NCBI GenBank assembly: GCA_023231475.1
Contig: JALJEE010003072.1
Span: 1 to 64,000 of the forward strand
Direction: 5' to 3'
DNA from: Seison nebaliae
Taxonomy: Eukaryota
DNA: 64,000 bases
The position numbers and the translations under genes were made by a program. Under the pieces are notes generated by a model, which ran no database searches, was not told the DNA's origin, and saw only the letters and a program-made list of their open reading frames with translations. Shown here piece by piece: positions 39,501-51,978 of this stretch (position 1 is its first letter; the number at the start of each line of letters is the position of its first letter).

Positions 39501-42500
39501 TTCTCATTACATACAAATCAATCAATAAATTCCTTAACCAACATAGCCAATAACGATGTGCATATTGATGAAGAAATTATTGATAGAATCGTCAAATATT
39601 TCGCTTCTTCTCCAAATTCGGAAACCATATTCATATGGTATCCATTTCGGATGAATATTTGAAGGAAATGATACGTGTAGTAAATAACATCTTATTATCT
39701 ATTGTAACTTGCACTTGAACTGTCCATCTAAACTAATCTCTAATAAGATGCTAAAGATCTTCTATAAAATACATTCTGTGATTTGTGTCATGAAAAATAT
39801 TATTGGAGAGAAGGCGAGAAAGGGAACAGTTTTCATGAAACCAATTCAAACATTGATGACATATCGTGATTATTGATGAGAATGAAATTTGTAAATGATC
39901 CAACTGATCCAAATTGCTGAAATATAACGAAAGATAAATGAACGAAATAGATGGTGATTATTAAAAAAGAAATAAGAAAAAATTGAAATTTAAATGATAA
40001 TTTGATGTGGATGATTTGTAGATGATTATTTCATTCATTCATCATCATCAACAAAAATAACAATAATAGATTATTTGTGAGTCTGATAAAAGAAGTTTCT
40101 TTATATTTCAACATTTCTTCTTCCCACAAAAAAGTTCGTAATGATGAACATTTGGTTAGAGATTGAGTAACTGACACAGATCATTACTTAAATAAACGAA
40201 AATATTTTTACCTATCTCACATTCGTATATGGATATGATACGATTAAATGATGAGAGGAGATTCTCATTCAGCTGTTGAGGAAAAGGAAGAAGAAAGAAA
40301 ATATGATGCAACTAAAAATCAGAATGTAAATTGAATGGAACTGAATAAAAATAAATAAAATGAAATGTCTCAAAATGAAGTTGATAGTAGAGATATGATG
40401 AAGAATTATGTATATATGTGTTTATATATATATATATATGTGTGTGTATGTGTGTGTGTGTATACTTACAAATAAATAAATGGAACTAGTATGGACGGAA
40501 AGAATGAAATGGCCGAATGATGTGAGAAGAATAAACATAATTAGATAAGTTAACCTGTTTTATGGAAGTGAGGCGAATGAGATATGTTCGGTTGGAATTC
40601 ATGTTTCAAATAACCGAAATACGACATATCTTTCTGGTAATCGTTCTCCGCAACATTATCTGGTGAAGCGTTGTATAAATATCCGGAAGTATAGACGCGA
40701 GCTAAATCATAATGTGGAGCGATTTGTTGTGAAGCAGAAGAAGAGGATTCATGTTGATTTTGAAGTTTTAGTTGCGTCTACAAAAGTAAAAATGAAAAAT
40801 TATAGATGAAATTCATTCGAATAAATTATTGGAAGCATCAACATCAGATGAGAAGGGGAAAAAGAATAAATTTCTGAAATCTTCTGTCACACATTCTAAT
40901 CGGACACGAAGGGAAAGAGACACTCGATCGATAAGAGAAATTCGATAAGAAATGTTTCCCAGTCGATTTCCCCATCGTCGTTTGATGATGATAAAAGAAA
41001 AAAAGGTTTCAAAAGAAAAGATATAAAACTAATAAAAGATGATTTATTTTAAGCACTCTATCTGGTTATAGTATTTATTATTATACTAATTGTAATTGAG
41101 TCGATAAAAATTATTTATGATAAAGAAGAATTGCGAATGAAATGGATGTGCGAATGAAATGGAAGTTGATAGATCGGAAATCGAATTACCAATCCAACGA
41201 AAAATACTAACAGATTTATATTTGAAAAATTTTTTCATGTCATTCTTATAGTTTTGTTTGGGAGTTCGATACATATCTCGATCCAACAAATTACATTGCT
41301 TAATTTTCTTTATCATTAAATGATGAAAAGACGACGCTATTTTCTTCCGACTGAAATTGAGACGAGTCGATAAATAATATTAGGAAGATGAAAGAAGTAA
41401 ATGATAACGATGATGAGAAGAAGGTTAATTGAACTATTCGATTTATTCCTTACTATCCCTTATCAATTCACAACCATGTGCTGTTGGTACTGCTGCCACT
41501 AATACTGCTGCTACTATTCCTATAATGACTGATGGACTGATGGGAGGTGAAGAGGAAAGTAGAAGAATATGTCAAAAATGATATGTGTTTTATTTTTATG
41601 TTGAACTTGTCTGAAAAAAAAGAAGTTTGTTTTTCTCTAAAAAAATGAAAGGAATTGAATTGCATCATTATCATTCATCTCCTCTTTTTCCCAACAAAAT
41701 GCAACAAACCAAAACGTAGAAAAAAGTTTTATTTGATATTGTGTTGCTTTGTTACTTTTTGCTGTTATTGTTATTGTTCTTGTTATTGATATTGGAATAA
41801 GGACGATGATAATTTTATAAAAGTGAAACTTTGTTGAAACTTTATTTCGAATATCTTCTTCTCAAAAAAACGATGTAAAAAGAAGTTGTCCTTTCTTCCC
41901 CCAATAAAATAGACGAAGAGAATTATTTGAAAAAAAAAAATCTTTTAAAATTATTAAACTGGAAAATAATATTAATTAATATATTTTAATTCGATTAAAA
42001 TTTATTATTATTCAACAAATGGAAAATATAAAAAAAAAAAAAAATTTAATAGAATTCAATGAGATTTTATGAAAAAAATTTGAATAAAAACATTTTCTTT
42101 TTGTTGTTGTAACTGAAGAAAGTGAAGGATGATTTTGACTGATAATGATTATTTTCAGAAGAGAGTTCCAATTGGAATAGAATAAACATATTTCCAAATC
42201 ATCTACGTATTCTGTTCTCGTAACATATCGCGCGTTAGAAATGATATTTGATATTGTTCAATGACGAAACAATGGAAGAAAATTGAATTTGGATGAAATG
42301 AAGAAGAAAGATTCTCTCATTGAGAAAGATGATTCGAAGTGTTTAATGTGAGGCGGGACGACGATGTTTAGAAGAAGAAAAAGATTTTTGGAGAATAAAT
42401 GAGAATAATTTCCTCCTCCCTTCCCCCCCGCTAAAAAAAAGAATAACGTTGTGTAAGAAGATTGAACTAATAAATTTGTGTAACGTTTATGGGTGAACAT

Positions 42501-45500
42501 CATTTCAAAGTCAGAAGATGGTGTGGTTAATATTTGTATGGAATCTCGATCATCGTCCCACACAACTGACGATGTGTTTAAAAAATATGAGAAATGAATT
42601 TTCCTATTCGACTGACTGACTAGGGAGAAATGGTGGAGCGAAAACAAATAAAATTTGAAGAATGACATCATATCATATCACCTTTATACCATCACCATGA
42701 TGATGATGAAATTCTCAATATTATCTATTTATACAGATATGTATAAGTCGACATATGATAAATAAATCTCAGTAACTTATCTCTCTGATTCAATTACACT
42801 TATCTATTTAATTGAATCTATCATTTTGATAAATTTTAAGAATCATCATGATGGTGATGAATATGTTAACATATGAGGAGAGAGGAAGAAGAAATGTGTT
42901 GATAAGGAATCAAGTTGATTTGTCACTTGTGTTTATGATTGGTCTCGTCCACAATTCTCGTTCTTTTGACGAGAAGATGAGATGAAGTTCATTTAGACAT
43001 TCTGTGCAGAAACATAAATTTCAGGAATACACAACGAATTGACATGACGTCGGGGAGAGGAGTAGAAGATTGAATAATAGTAGAAGAAAATGGAAACGTT
43101 TTCATATGTGGTTCATTCCACTCCCCCCCTTTTTTCCAATGAAAGAAGAAATGTTGAAGGTAATTTATTTCATAACAAAAAAAAAAAGAAAAAAGTCGAT
43201 ACGATGTTAATGGAAAGAATGATAATTTATGGGAAGATGAATAGTTGATAATTGAGTAATACAACTAAAGAAGAATTCCATCCCTTCATAAACTTAAACG
43301 ATAAGGAGGTTAACTTCATTTGTCTGTTCAACCTAAAACTTTGCATTGGAGTGTCCAGAAGTGTTTCCAGTGACGTAATTGGGAATGGAAATGAATAATG
43401 ATGAATCCCAATAACATATTCATCCACGAACAAACAATGCAAAAACGGAACAATAAGATAATCAAAGGTAATCGTCGAAAAACATTTTTATATTTCTCTT
43501 CTCTTACACTCTCTTATCGTAATTGGGTGATAGTGAAGGTAACGAATGAAAAATGGGAAGAAATCGATGGTCAAATTCAACAATTCCCTCCCTTCTATTC
43601 TCTCCCAGAGAGTAATTTGTTGGAAGAATTTCCTTCCACTCTTCTTATATCCATGATATTTCGATTTGATCTTTCTTTTCTACATTATTTCCTAAAACAT
43701 ATTTTAGCAATATCTTCATCAATTTAATTGGATGTTATATTTTTTTTTTTTTATTAAGACGCTGAATGCCCATAAGATAAAGCGTTATATAGAAAAAAAA
43801 GTTGGAGGAAAGGAAAACATTAACAGGATAGGAAGAGAAGATCAAATGAGAAATCATTTCAATCAATCATCGGAAACTGCCGATCTTATTATTCAATCAC
43901 GATATTGAATCCAATCGATAATGATGGGTAATTGAGAAAAAGAAAATTTCAATCCAACTCTTTCACCTCACTCATTCGGGAATGTATATGAGATGGGAAA
44001 TATAATAATATTGTGATGGTGATGATTATGATACTGATCATACCAATACACACTCATAACAACAATATGATTAATAATAATAATAATAATAGTCAACTAC
44101 CTAGGTAGGTAGGTAGGTAGTTAAGTTGGCTAGTCAGAAATTAGTTTAAAAAAGAATTTAATTGATGATGATGTAAATAATAATAGTAAGAGAAATGTGA
44201 CCTTCGTCTTGTCAATTGGAACTGGCAGGAAAAGCGAAATACTAGAACGACAACGTTCAAAAGAAATGTTCCACGTTATTATTATTCCATTCACCCAAAC
44301 TATTTAGAGTTTCCACTAGAGTTAGAGAGATGGAAATATTTGTTCAATATATAAAAAATGAACTGATTGATGATAATAAATATTCGTTAACATTCGCCCT
44401 TTCTTATCATCATCATCCTCATTCATTTCCATAAAAAAAAATGGAGGAACCTTCAGAAAAAAGTTGATTCGATTTGACAAATAAAAAAGTCCATTCGATT
44501 TGACAAATAGAAAAATGTTTTCCTCCTTCTCTCAGTCTCCTTCACATTATCACCACCACCACCATCATCCAACAACAACAATTAATATAATTTATTATTC
44601 ACAATCGAGAACATGTAGAGCTGAATATATTGAGCAACTTCATTCTCTTACGTAAAAATAGCTGTTCTCCTTCTTCCAATATTCCTAATTATGTAAAACG
44701 CATATCCGTCATTCGACCAATTGAATGACCAAATGGAGATGATATCGCCATCATTCCCCCAATAGACACATAGAAACACACACGCGAAATAAACACATAT
44801 AAATAGGGAGGAGGAAGGACATCGCAACAGATCGAAAGAAGACGAAAATTCCTTTTCATTTTACATAAACATTTTTATTGCTTTTAACCTTTATGTCGAA
44901 AATAAATTTTAGACGAAAATTATGTAAGTGAAGTCTGATTAGAAAAAGAAGCAGTCCATATAAATCTCATGAATTTTCCATAAAAATTTTAAGTGGAAGA
45001 AAAAGTCAACTTCGTCTTCATCGAACTCACTGGGTAATCGGGGAAAAAATGTTTGAATTGAAATGGAAAGTAATTTAATGAAAATTTAAATGATAATTTA
45101 ATATAAAAAATAAATTTAATTATTTTTCATAACTGTTATGAGAGTGACTGTGTAAATGTATTTGGTGTGAAAATGGAACGGAATACAATTGGAATAATTA
45201 CGTCCGTGAAAATGATTCAATGAATTTATGGGATGATAGTTATGGAGATAAAATGACGTTAACAATTGTTTTTGTGGAAGTCGATGCAGGAAATATCAAC
45301 CGAAATAAATGGACAAGTTAAATATAGAATTTGGGAGAATATGGAACGAGTCTCCTCCTTCTACTTCTCTACACACACACACACACAAACACAACCATAT
45401 TTATTTGTGATAATGATAAATGAGTTTGAAACGAATAATTCTTTGTAAATTTGTAAGTCGGCCCAAAACTCATTTATATACATTCCGGGAACTAATGTTC

Positions 45501-46590
45501 TAATATAATTGACAGTAGATTCATTTCAAATTCAAATTATTCCCAATTACAATTGATTTCCAATAGGTTTGGGGAGAATGTTGGAGGGAGTAACATCGTC
45601 TACCTGCCAAATAATTATCTTATTCGATAAGAGACATCTATCTTAATTCATCAGATTTGAAGCTAATTGTTGATTCATATATTGCTTACAAAACATGTAA
45701 AAGGAAAAAGAATTGATGGGAGAAGAAGAATTAAAGTGAATTTTATATCATTGATCTCTCTGTTTTGTGAGCAAATTTGAAAATTACCATTAAAGAAAAT
45801 GAGAAGAACTATCGTTTAGACAAGAAAATATGAGAGACAAAAGTTGTTTGGAAGACAACAATCAAGATCATTGAATGAAATGATAAATTAATCACAACAA
45901 CTATGAATAATCAAGTCCATTTTGTCTTCGTTTGTGAGAATGGAGTAGTAGAGAAAAGAAACGGAATATGAAATGAAACCGTTTTACAAATCTCGTCTCT
46001 ATTTCTCTCGTTTCTCTCGTTTCTCTATCAGATTTCCAGAAGGAATAGTTTAGAATGTTGTCAGAAGGAAAATGGAAAAATTATTCCAATATATTCAACA
46101 ACAACAACAACAACGATTATTATTAGAGTTAAATAACCAAAAATTATTTAAGTATTAGTAGTAGTTGACGGGGGGGGAGTGTTGATGACAAGAAGAAGAG
46201 AAGAGATTGGCCTTCAAACAAATTGTTTGTATCGTAATAAAAATTTAGTATTGATAAGAGGAAAGGAAGAATGATGCACTCAAAGAGAAGAGATAGAAGA
46301 GAAGATGTGTGACAATGGAGAGAATGTTGATGAGATGAAAGCAACAGCAATAGAATTAATGATTTGATAATAACTTGCGTCGATTCATATCCATTCTTCT
46401 TTCGGATATTAGATGTAGTTAATGGATTTTCATTGAGTATAGGATTTGAGATGGTCATCAAAGAATTATCGAAATAATCATTTCGCCATTCTGCAAAATT
46501 GGGGAATCGGTGACAGTTCGCGTATCGGTTCGGTGTCTTCTCAATCATTTTCTCCTTTTCCATTTCCCTTCTCGAGAGTCGATACTGCAA
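36508..46590 (-). CDS. abLIM/dematin-like actin-binding protein with C-terminal villin headpiece; no LIM domains seen
   Basis: The last exons encode NYSYPQIL...NINRQQLE|MYLRNEDFFRLFEMHKSDFVKLPSWRRIEMKKLCALF* (villin headpiece). The exon at ~38195-37134 has the abLIM-type TIETTDWPAPPY motif, and exon 40777-40555 ends SHSPHFHKT. The putative first coding exon 46590-46375 joins in phase; the 5' structure is less certain. Confidence 0.75.
44954..45047. repeat. Copy 1 of a ~94-bp dispersed direct repeat
   Basis: Near-identical to 47053-47145, with about 6 substitutions and a 1-bp indel. Confidence 0.9.
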
Positions 46591-47052
46591 TTAGTTCTTG
46601 CAAGGAAAATCACGTCGTAACCGTTCCCAATAATAGAGAATGGAACAATTCGTTAAGATCTACTAGAATTCCGTTGACTAATTATCGATAGAGAAAAGCT
46701 TCCAATTCAATTAGTGACACTGCTCCACCAACCAGGAAAGAGTGAAAGAAGGAAAGAAATTTATGAGGATGAAATTATAAAGACGAATGACAAATCATTA
46801 TTAATTAGCCGTAGTAGAACTTTTGCATTTTATTCAAAATTACCAATTATATGCGTATGTACACACACATTTAAAACACGAATAAATAAACACCTATAAC
46901 AAGTACTTTCTTTACACACACACACATGCACAGACACAATTACACATAATACAGATATATTTATTTAATCATTGATAAAGAACAATAAGAGCAATGCATT
47001 CGAAAGATTGTTTTCTCTTCCTTCCTATTATTATTTCCATCTGATACAATGT

Positions 47053-47145
47053 GTCCATATAAATCTCATGAATTTCCCATAAAAGGTTTAAGTGGAAGAA
47101 AAAGTCAGCTTCGTCTTTATCGAACTCACTGGGTATCGAGGAAAA
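47053..47145. repeat. Copy 2 of the ~94-bp dispersed direct repeat
   Basis: Near-identical to 44954-45047. Confidence 0.9.
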
Positions 47146-47817
47146 GAAGAAACAGAAGTTACATATAAAATATAATTTCAATTAAATGTTACTCTGGGAA
47201 AAAGAATTACACGAACACAGAAACACACGTACAAACCGAGTAGTAGGAAAGGAAAGTATTGACATAAAAAACTTTTGTATATTCTCCTTTGGTAAAACGG
47301 ATATAGAAGGGAACCGTATTCTATTTTGATGGGAAATAAAGCATAGCATAACATATTATACTACTGTAATCATTCCAATTGTTTTTTCTTCTATGTAAAT
47401 ATAGATCGAATATATGTATATATATATATATGTGTATATGTCGAACATTTTTTGTTTTTTTTATTTCTTCTCCCAACTCCTTTCTCATTATCGGAATTAA
47501 TGTAATATGTTGTTCGCTTCTCTATCTCATTAATGATATTTCCGCAATTTTATCATTTTCCAAAAATTATCTTAACAACTTCCTTTACTCCGATATGATC
47601 GTCTAACCAAATCAATGACTATCCAGAAAGAACGATTCTTCTTCTCAACCCTTCTGAGATTTTCGGGCGATATGAAACCACTTCCCGTCTCCACATCTTC
47701 AGATATTTCCAGCGGAATCCACTTATTATTCAAATGAAATTTATTGAAAAAGTTTTAAAAAATGAAATTGTTTGAAATTAGTATATGGAATGTGGAATAC
47801 AATTTGTTGTTCATTCG

Positions 47818-48350
47818 TTAGAAAAGAATATCTCTTCTAAAGAAACAAGTGAGTGTCAATGAGATTATAGTCAAGATTAAGGAAGATTTCGTTGTGTTCG
47901 AATTCAACTGAAATTATTATTTTAGTCGTTCAAAAATTAAAGAAGGAGTAACAGTTACATAATAATTACATCGATCTCCTTCGCAACATTCTACGCACAG
48001 CGAATCATAATATCGATGTCGAGTACAAATGGAGGCGGTCATTTCAATACTTTGACGACAATTCGGTTTTGTATCACACGCTTTCGTAATATAATGGCGT
48101 CGTTCATTTTGTGGTGAGAATTCTTGAGGTACTAAATATGAGATGAATGAAAAGGTACTCAAATTAAATACTAACATGTCCAACTGACGAACGAAGCACA
48201 AACATCTTCTCCTTCGTTGCATTGCTTCACCGTTTTCTTACATTTATCATCATTACCCTCCTGCTCTTCACAGATATAACATTCTAGTGAATCCAAAATT
48301 TTACAACAACTTATGACAACCAATAAGGCGAATGGGAAGGCGACGTTCAT
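47818..48350 (-). CDS. Ly6/uPAR three-finger-domain protein, likely GPI-anchored (paralog 1, 3 exons)
   Basis: Signal peptide, then LECYICEEQ...KC...QC...VC...AC...NC...IC...LCVECCEGDRCN, then a hydrophobic C-terminal tail (LNSNTTKSSLILTIISLTLTCFF). Confidence 0.85.
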
Positions 48351-48659
48351 TTTCAGAATAAGTTCATTCAAAAAACAAATAATAATTCTTTATCGAACAA
48401 GCCTCAAATTTGAAAGTCCGCCAAAACTCATTTTTAAATCTCACAATATATTTTAAATTCTTTCAAAATCAATCTATTTAGGCATTTTCAAAAGTATTAT
48501 GTTCCATTTTAAGTGATTATAACTATAAAATTTATAGTTTCCTCATTTCTATGAATGAGAATTATCAAAAAGAGATTTTATTTGAAGTTGAAGTCGAAAA
48601 AATGGAATGTATCAGAAGATTAAAACAATTAAATTAATATCATGTCTCGTCATTATTAA

Positions 48660-49271
48660 TTACAAAGAAACACCAGACATTTTTTGGGAACTGATAACGA
48701 TAAAAGCCAAAATCGATATTATAACAAAGTTCCCAGATAAACTCGAAGCTTTCAACTAAAAATTAAGAATGAAGAAAAAGTTTGAAAGAAATGGAAACTC
48801 TCACATTGAGATTGCATTCATCACCCGAACAACAATCGACATAAATACGATCATAATTACGATTTCGACGACTAATAATTTCGAAACGATCTCTCATTTT
48901 TTCGCAATCTACTTTTGTCCCACATGACTTCGTCACATAATAACTACGTTCCCCTCGAATTGAATTGGGACGGACTAAAGTTTAAAAATTTAATTACGAA
49001 AAGAAGTTTAGAAGAATAAGAAAAATAACTTTTCCATTCGACTACTGAGAGACAAGTATCTTGTTCAATTGCACAAGATTTTGGAGCGATTCTGCAAGTT
49101 CGCTTTGTATATTGATTAGTTATGGTGAATACTTCATTGTCGCACGTATAGCACTCAAGTGAAAATGCCAAATTAATTGATGACGCTAAATGAGAAAAGA
49201 ATTTATTTAAAAGAATGAAATTCTTCAAATCAATAATAACAAATGAAGATGATGGTGAAAAGAATGGACAT
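48660..49271 (-). CDS. Ly6/uPAR three-finger-domain protein, likely GPI-anchored (paralog 2, 4 exons)
   Basis: MSILFTIFFI|SSSINLAFSLECYTCDN...TC...SC...TC...SC...DC...VDCCSGDECN plus a hydrophobic tail. Two intron positions match paralog 1. Confidence 0.85.
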
Positions 49272-50053
49272 TGTTGAAAATTAGAATTAAGATAATTTAC
49301 ATTAAGCTTAAATTCAACCAATAATCCAAATACCTTTTATTTAATTTTTTTTGTGCAGGTATGGCATGTAAGGAATGGTAAGGCCATACGATTAACGTAT
49401 AATCCTTTTGGGGTTCGAAAAAGCGTTCGGAAATACGAATTTTAATTAGTGAAACATACTATTATGAGCAAGCACTAAGGTCTATAGGTGGAAAAATTAT
49501 GAAAATTGATATATAAAAAGAACATATATAATATATGACTAGAACCGTTTCCGAAAGTATTAGGTATTGAGTCTTTTGGGCATAAGGATCCACACATTCC
49601 TCCATTTGTTTGGTTTATTATCATTCATTAGAAAGATTATTTTATTGAAACCTCTTCTTTGTTGCTTTTGTTAAAATTTAAAATTTTATCTCCAACTTTT
49701 TAAATTAAAACTTAAATATCTGTTGTCATAGCCTGAAATTTAAAATTCTGAGAACATGACGATGTTCAGAATTAAAAACTAATCTAGTAAATGTAACGAA
49801 TCGCATGCCGATCTCTCTTAGGACTACAAAACTGTGGGTATTTTACACAGTATTGAAGAAGAACCTGATTATCAATTTCTTTATTATTAAAAATTCAAAA
49901 TTATAACAACAATTACCTTATATCTATTATCAATAAATATTAATCAATACAATCAATTTATCATCAAATTGTCAAAAATTCAAAGGACATACAAAATCAT
50001 CCTTTCAATATACAATATTTTTGAATATTCACAATTCTCAATTATTAACTAAA

Positions 50054-51938
50054 ATGTCTCTATCACCGAAAGATGAATTTGATTCAGATGACATTGGATT
50101 GGAGAATGGACAAGGTAGTAACGCTTATGAATTTGAATTAAACACCAATGAAGATGGAGGAGTGAATAATATTCCGAGCAATGACGATAATTCGAATAAT
50201 CAATTCGTACATGGGTTTGATGATAAAATGAAACTAACAGATGGACAAAAGCATGCTAGAGAAGAGTATCTTGCAATGAAAGATGATGCTCGTCAAAATC
50301 AACATAATCCAGATGCACCATTGATCGAAGGAGATCATGCAGGTCTCAGTTTAAAGAGTTTTTATCGATTCGTTAAAGGATTCGAGACGGCAGCCGCAGC
50401 AGATGTGAAATTAAGTGCGGTTTATACAAAATTTGTTAATGACAACAAATGGACTGATCAAATCATTAAAGTAGTAAAAATATGAAGAATTATACAGATG
50501 ATGATGATAAATTCATCGAAGATGTTAGGAATATTCATCATCAAAATAATCAAGGGAATCGTCATAAAAAAATGGCAAGTCGCATGGTTCAAGGAGTGAC
50601 TGAATCAGCGAATATTAATAATCCAGATAAAGAAGAAAAAAGGCATTATTGGCTAATAATTCTAACTTGGTCGATCTTTTTATAAAAGAGCAAGATGGAA
50701 AAGATCTTCCGATAGTTCCTGGACAAACATTTACTACATTGAATCATCAGCTAGCAGTTCAAAATGAATTATTATCGTCTAAACCTCCCAAGCAATAACT
50801 GACAAAGCAATGTCTATTCACTCTACTGTCAAAGATCCGAGACAATGTTCTTCGTCATCTTGGATGCCAGGCGAGAAGAGAGAGAGAAGAAACACTCAAT
50901 TTATTCAAGAACCAGCTGATTTTTCTGTGGACTCATTTAAAAATTTGGCATCCGGACGTCCTCCATCTACATCAAATACTGTGTCCCATAGCTATTTCAA
51001 TCGAATGTGCTCGAGAGGTATCAATATTCCTCCTAATTCGGTGAACGAAACATACAAACCGTTGTCAACATCCATCGGCCAAATGCAATGGCGATTTACC
51101 ACGTTAAATTTTCCTCCCAATGTAAGAGGACATAGAGAATGGGGCAAGTATGTCAAATATGCCGAACAATTTGATGCTAGTGTAAATGCTAGATTTCCTG
51201 AAGGTCTGGAGAAAACAGAAACTCGATTGTCTTATATTCCAAATATGGACATTTTCGATCTATGTACTCAAAAGAAATCCATGCCGGATAGATACTGGTC
51301 AAGATACTGAATATAAACAAGATACTAATACATAGATACTGATGTTAAAAAATGATGATCAAGCTGTAGCTCTCATAAAAAGTATAGTATTCAAGATACA
51401 AGTTGAATTCCAAATGTCAGATGAATTATTTGAGACATTTAATCCAATATTCAGAATGGCATGGGAGACAAACATGACGACTACTCCATTATTATTAACA
51501 TCCACGTGCAAATCTTTATTGGCAAATCAAGAAAGAGATAATTTTCATTTATCTTTATTCGGGATGCCAGTAACAATATTATATACATTACCATTTAATG
51601 TAGTGGTTCCAATTGTCATCAATTTGTACAGCAACAGTTCACGAACGTTGATGTATCAGATGAGTGGAATGTTACGTCAATTATTCGATGCAGGAATGGT
51701 ACATGCTTGTTCTCGATTAGTTCAAACAAATATAATCAGTTCAGAAGATGTAAATGCAGCAATTCCAGACCTTTCTGTACGAAGTTTGTACGAACAAATT
51801 GAGAAAAGTCAACGACCACAGTCAAGTCAATTCAAATTTTTACAACAACAATTGAAACGGATTGCTGCAGAACATAACTCTTATGATAAGTCATTAAACT
51901 ATGAATCACGATTTGAATTACAATTTTCCCAACTCTAA
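50054..51938 (+). pseudogene. Frameshifted intronless ~620-aa ORF of unknown origin (candidate endogenous viral element or transposon cargo)
   Basis: Consecutive same-strand ORF pieces join with about four frameshifts (~50480, ~50640, ~50788, ~51300-51340). No GT..AG introns are needed, and it lacks the host's homopolymer amino-acid runs. Confidence 0.5.
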
Positions 51939-51978
51939 CTAGGAATCGGTAAACTTACCGTCATGCTTCAATCCGCCA

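Noticed and set aside
41086..45448. Short ORFs in the long abLIM-like intron as LIM exons
   Set aside because: None shows the CxxC-x16-23-HxxC LIM spacing.
49900..49920. ACAACAATTACC identical to part of the tobamovirus omega leader
   Set aside because: A 12-nt low-complexity match is expected by chance in A/C-rich sequence and is not evidence for a specific virus.
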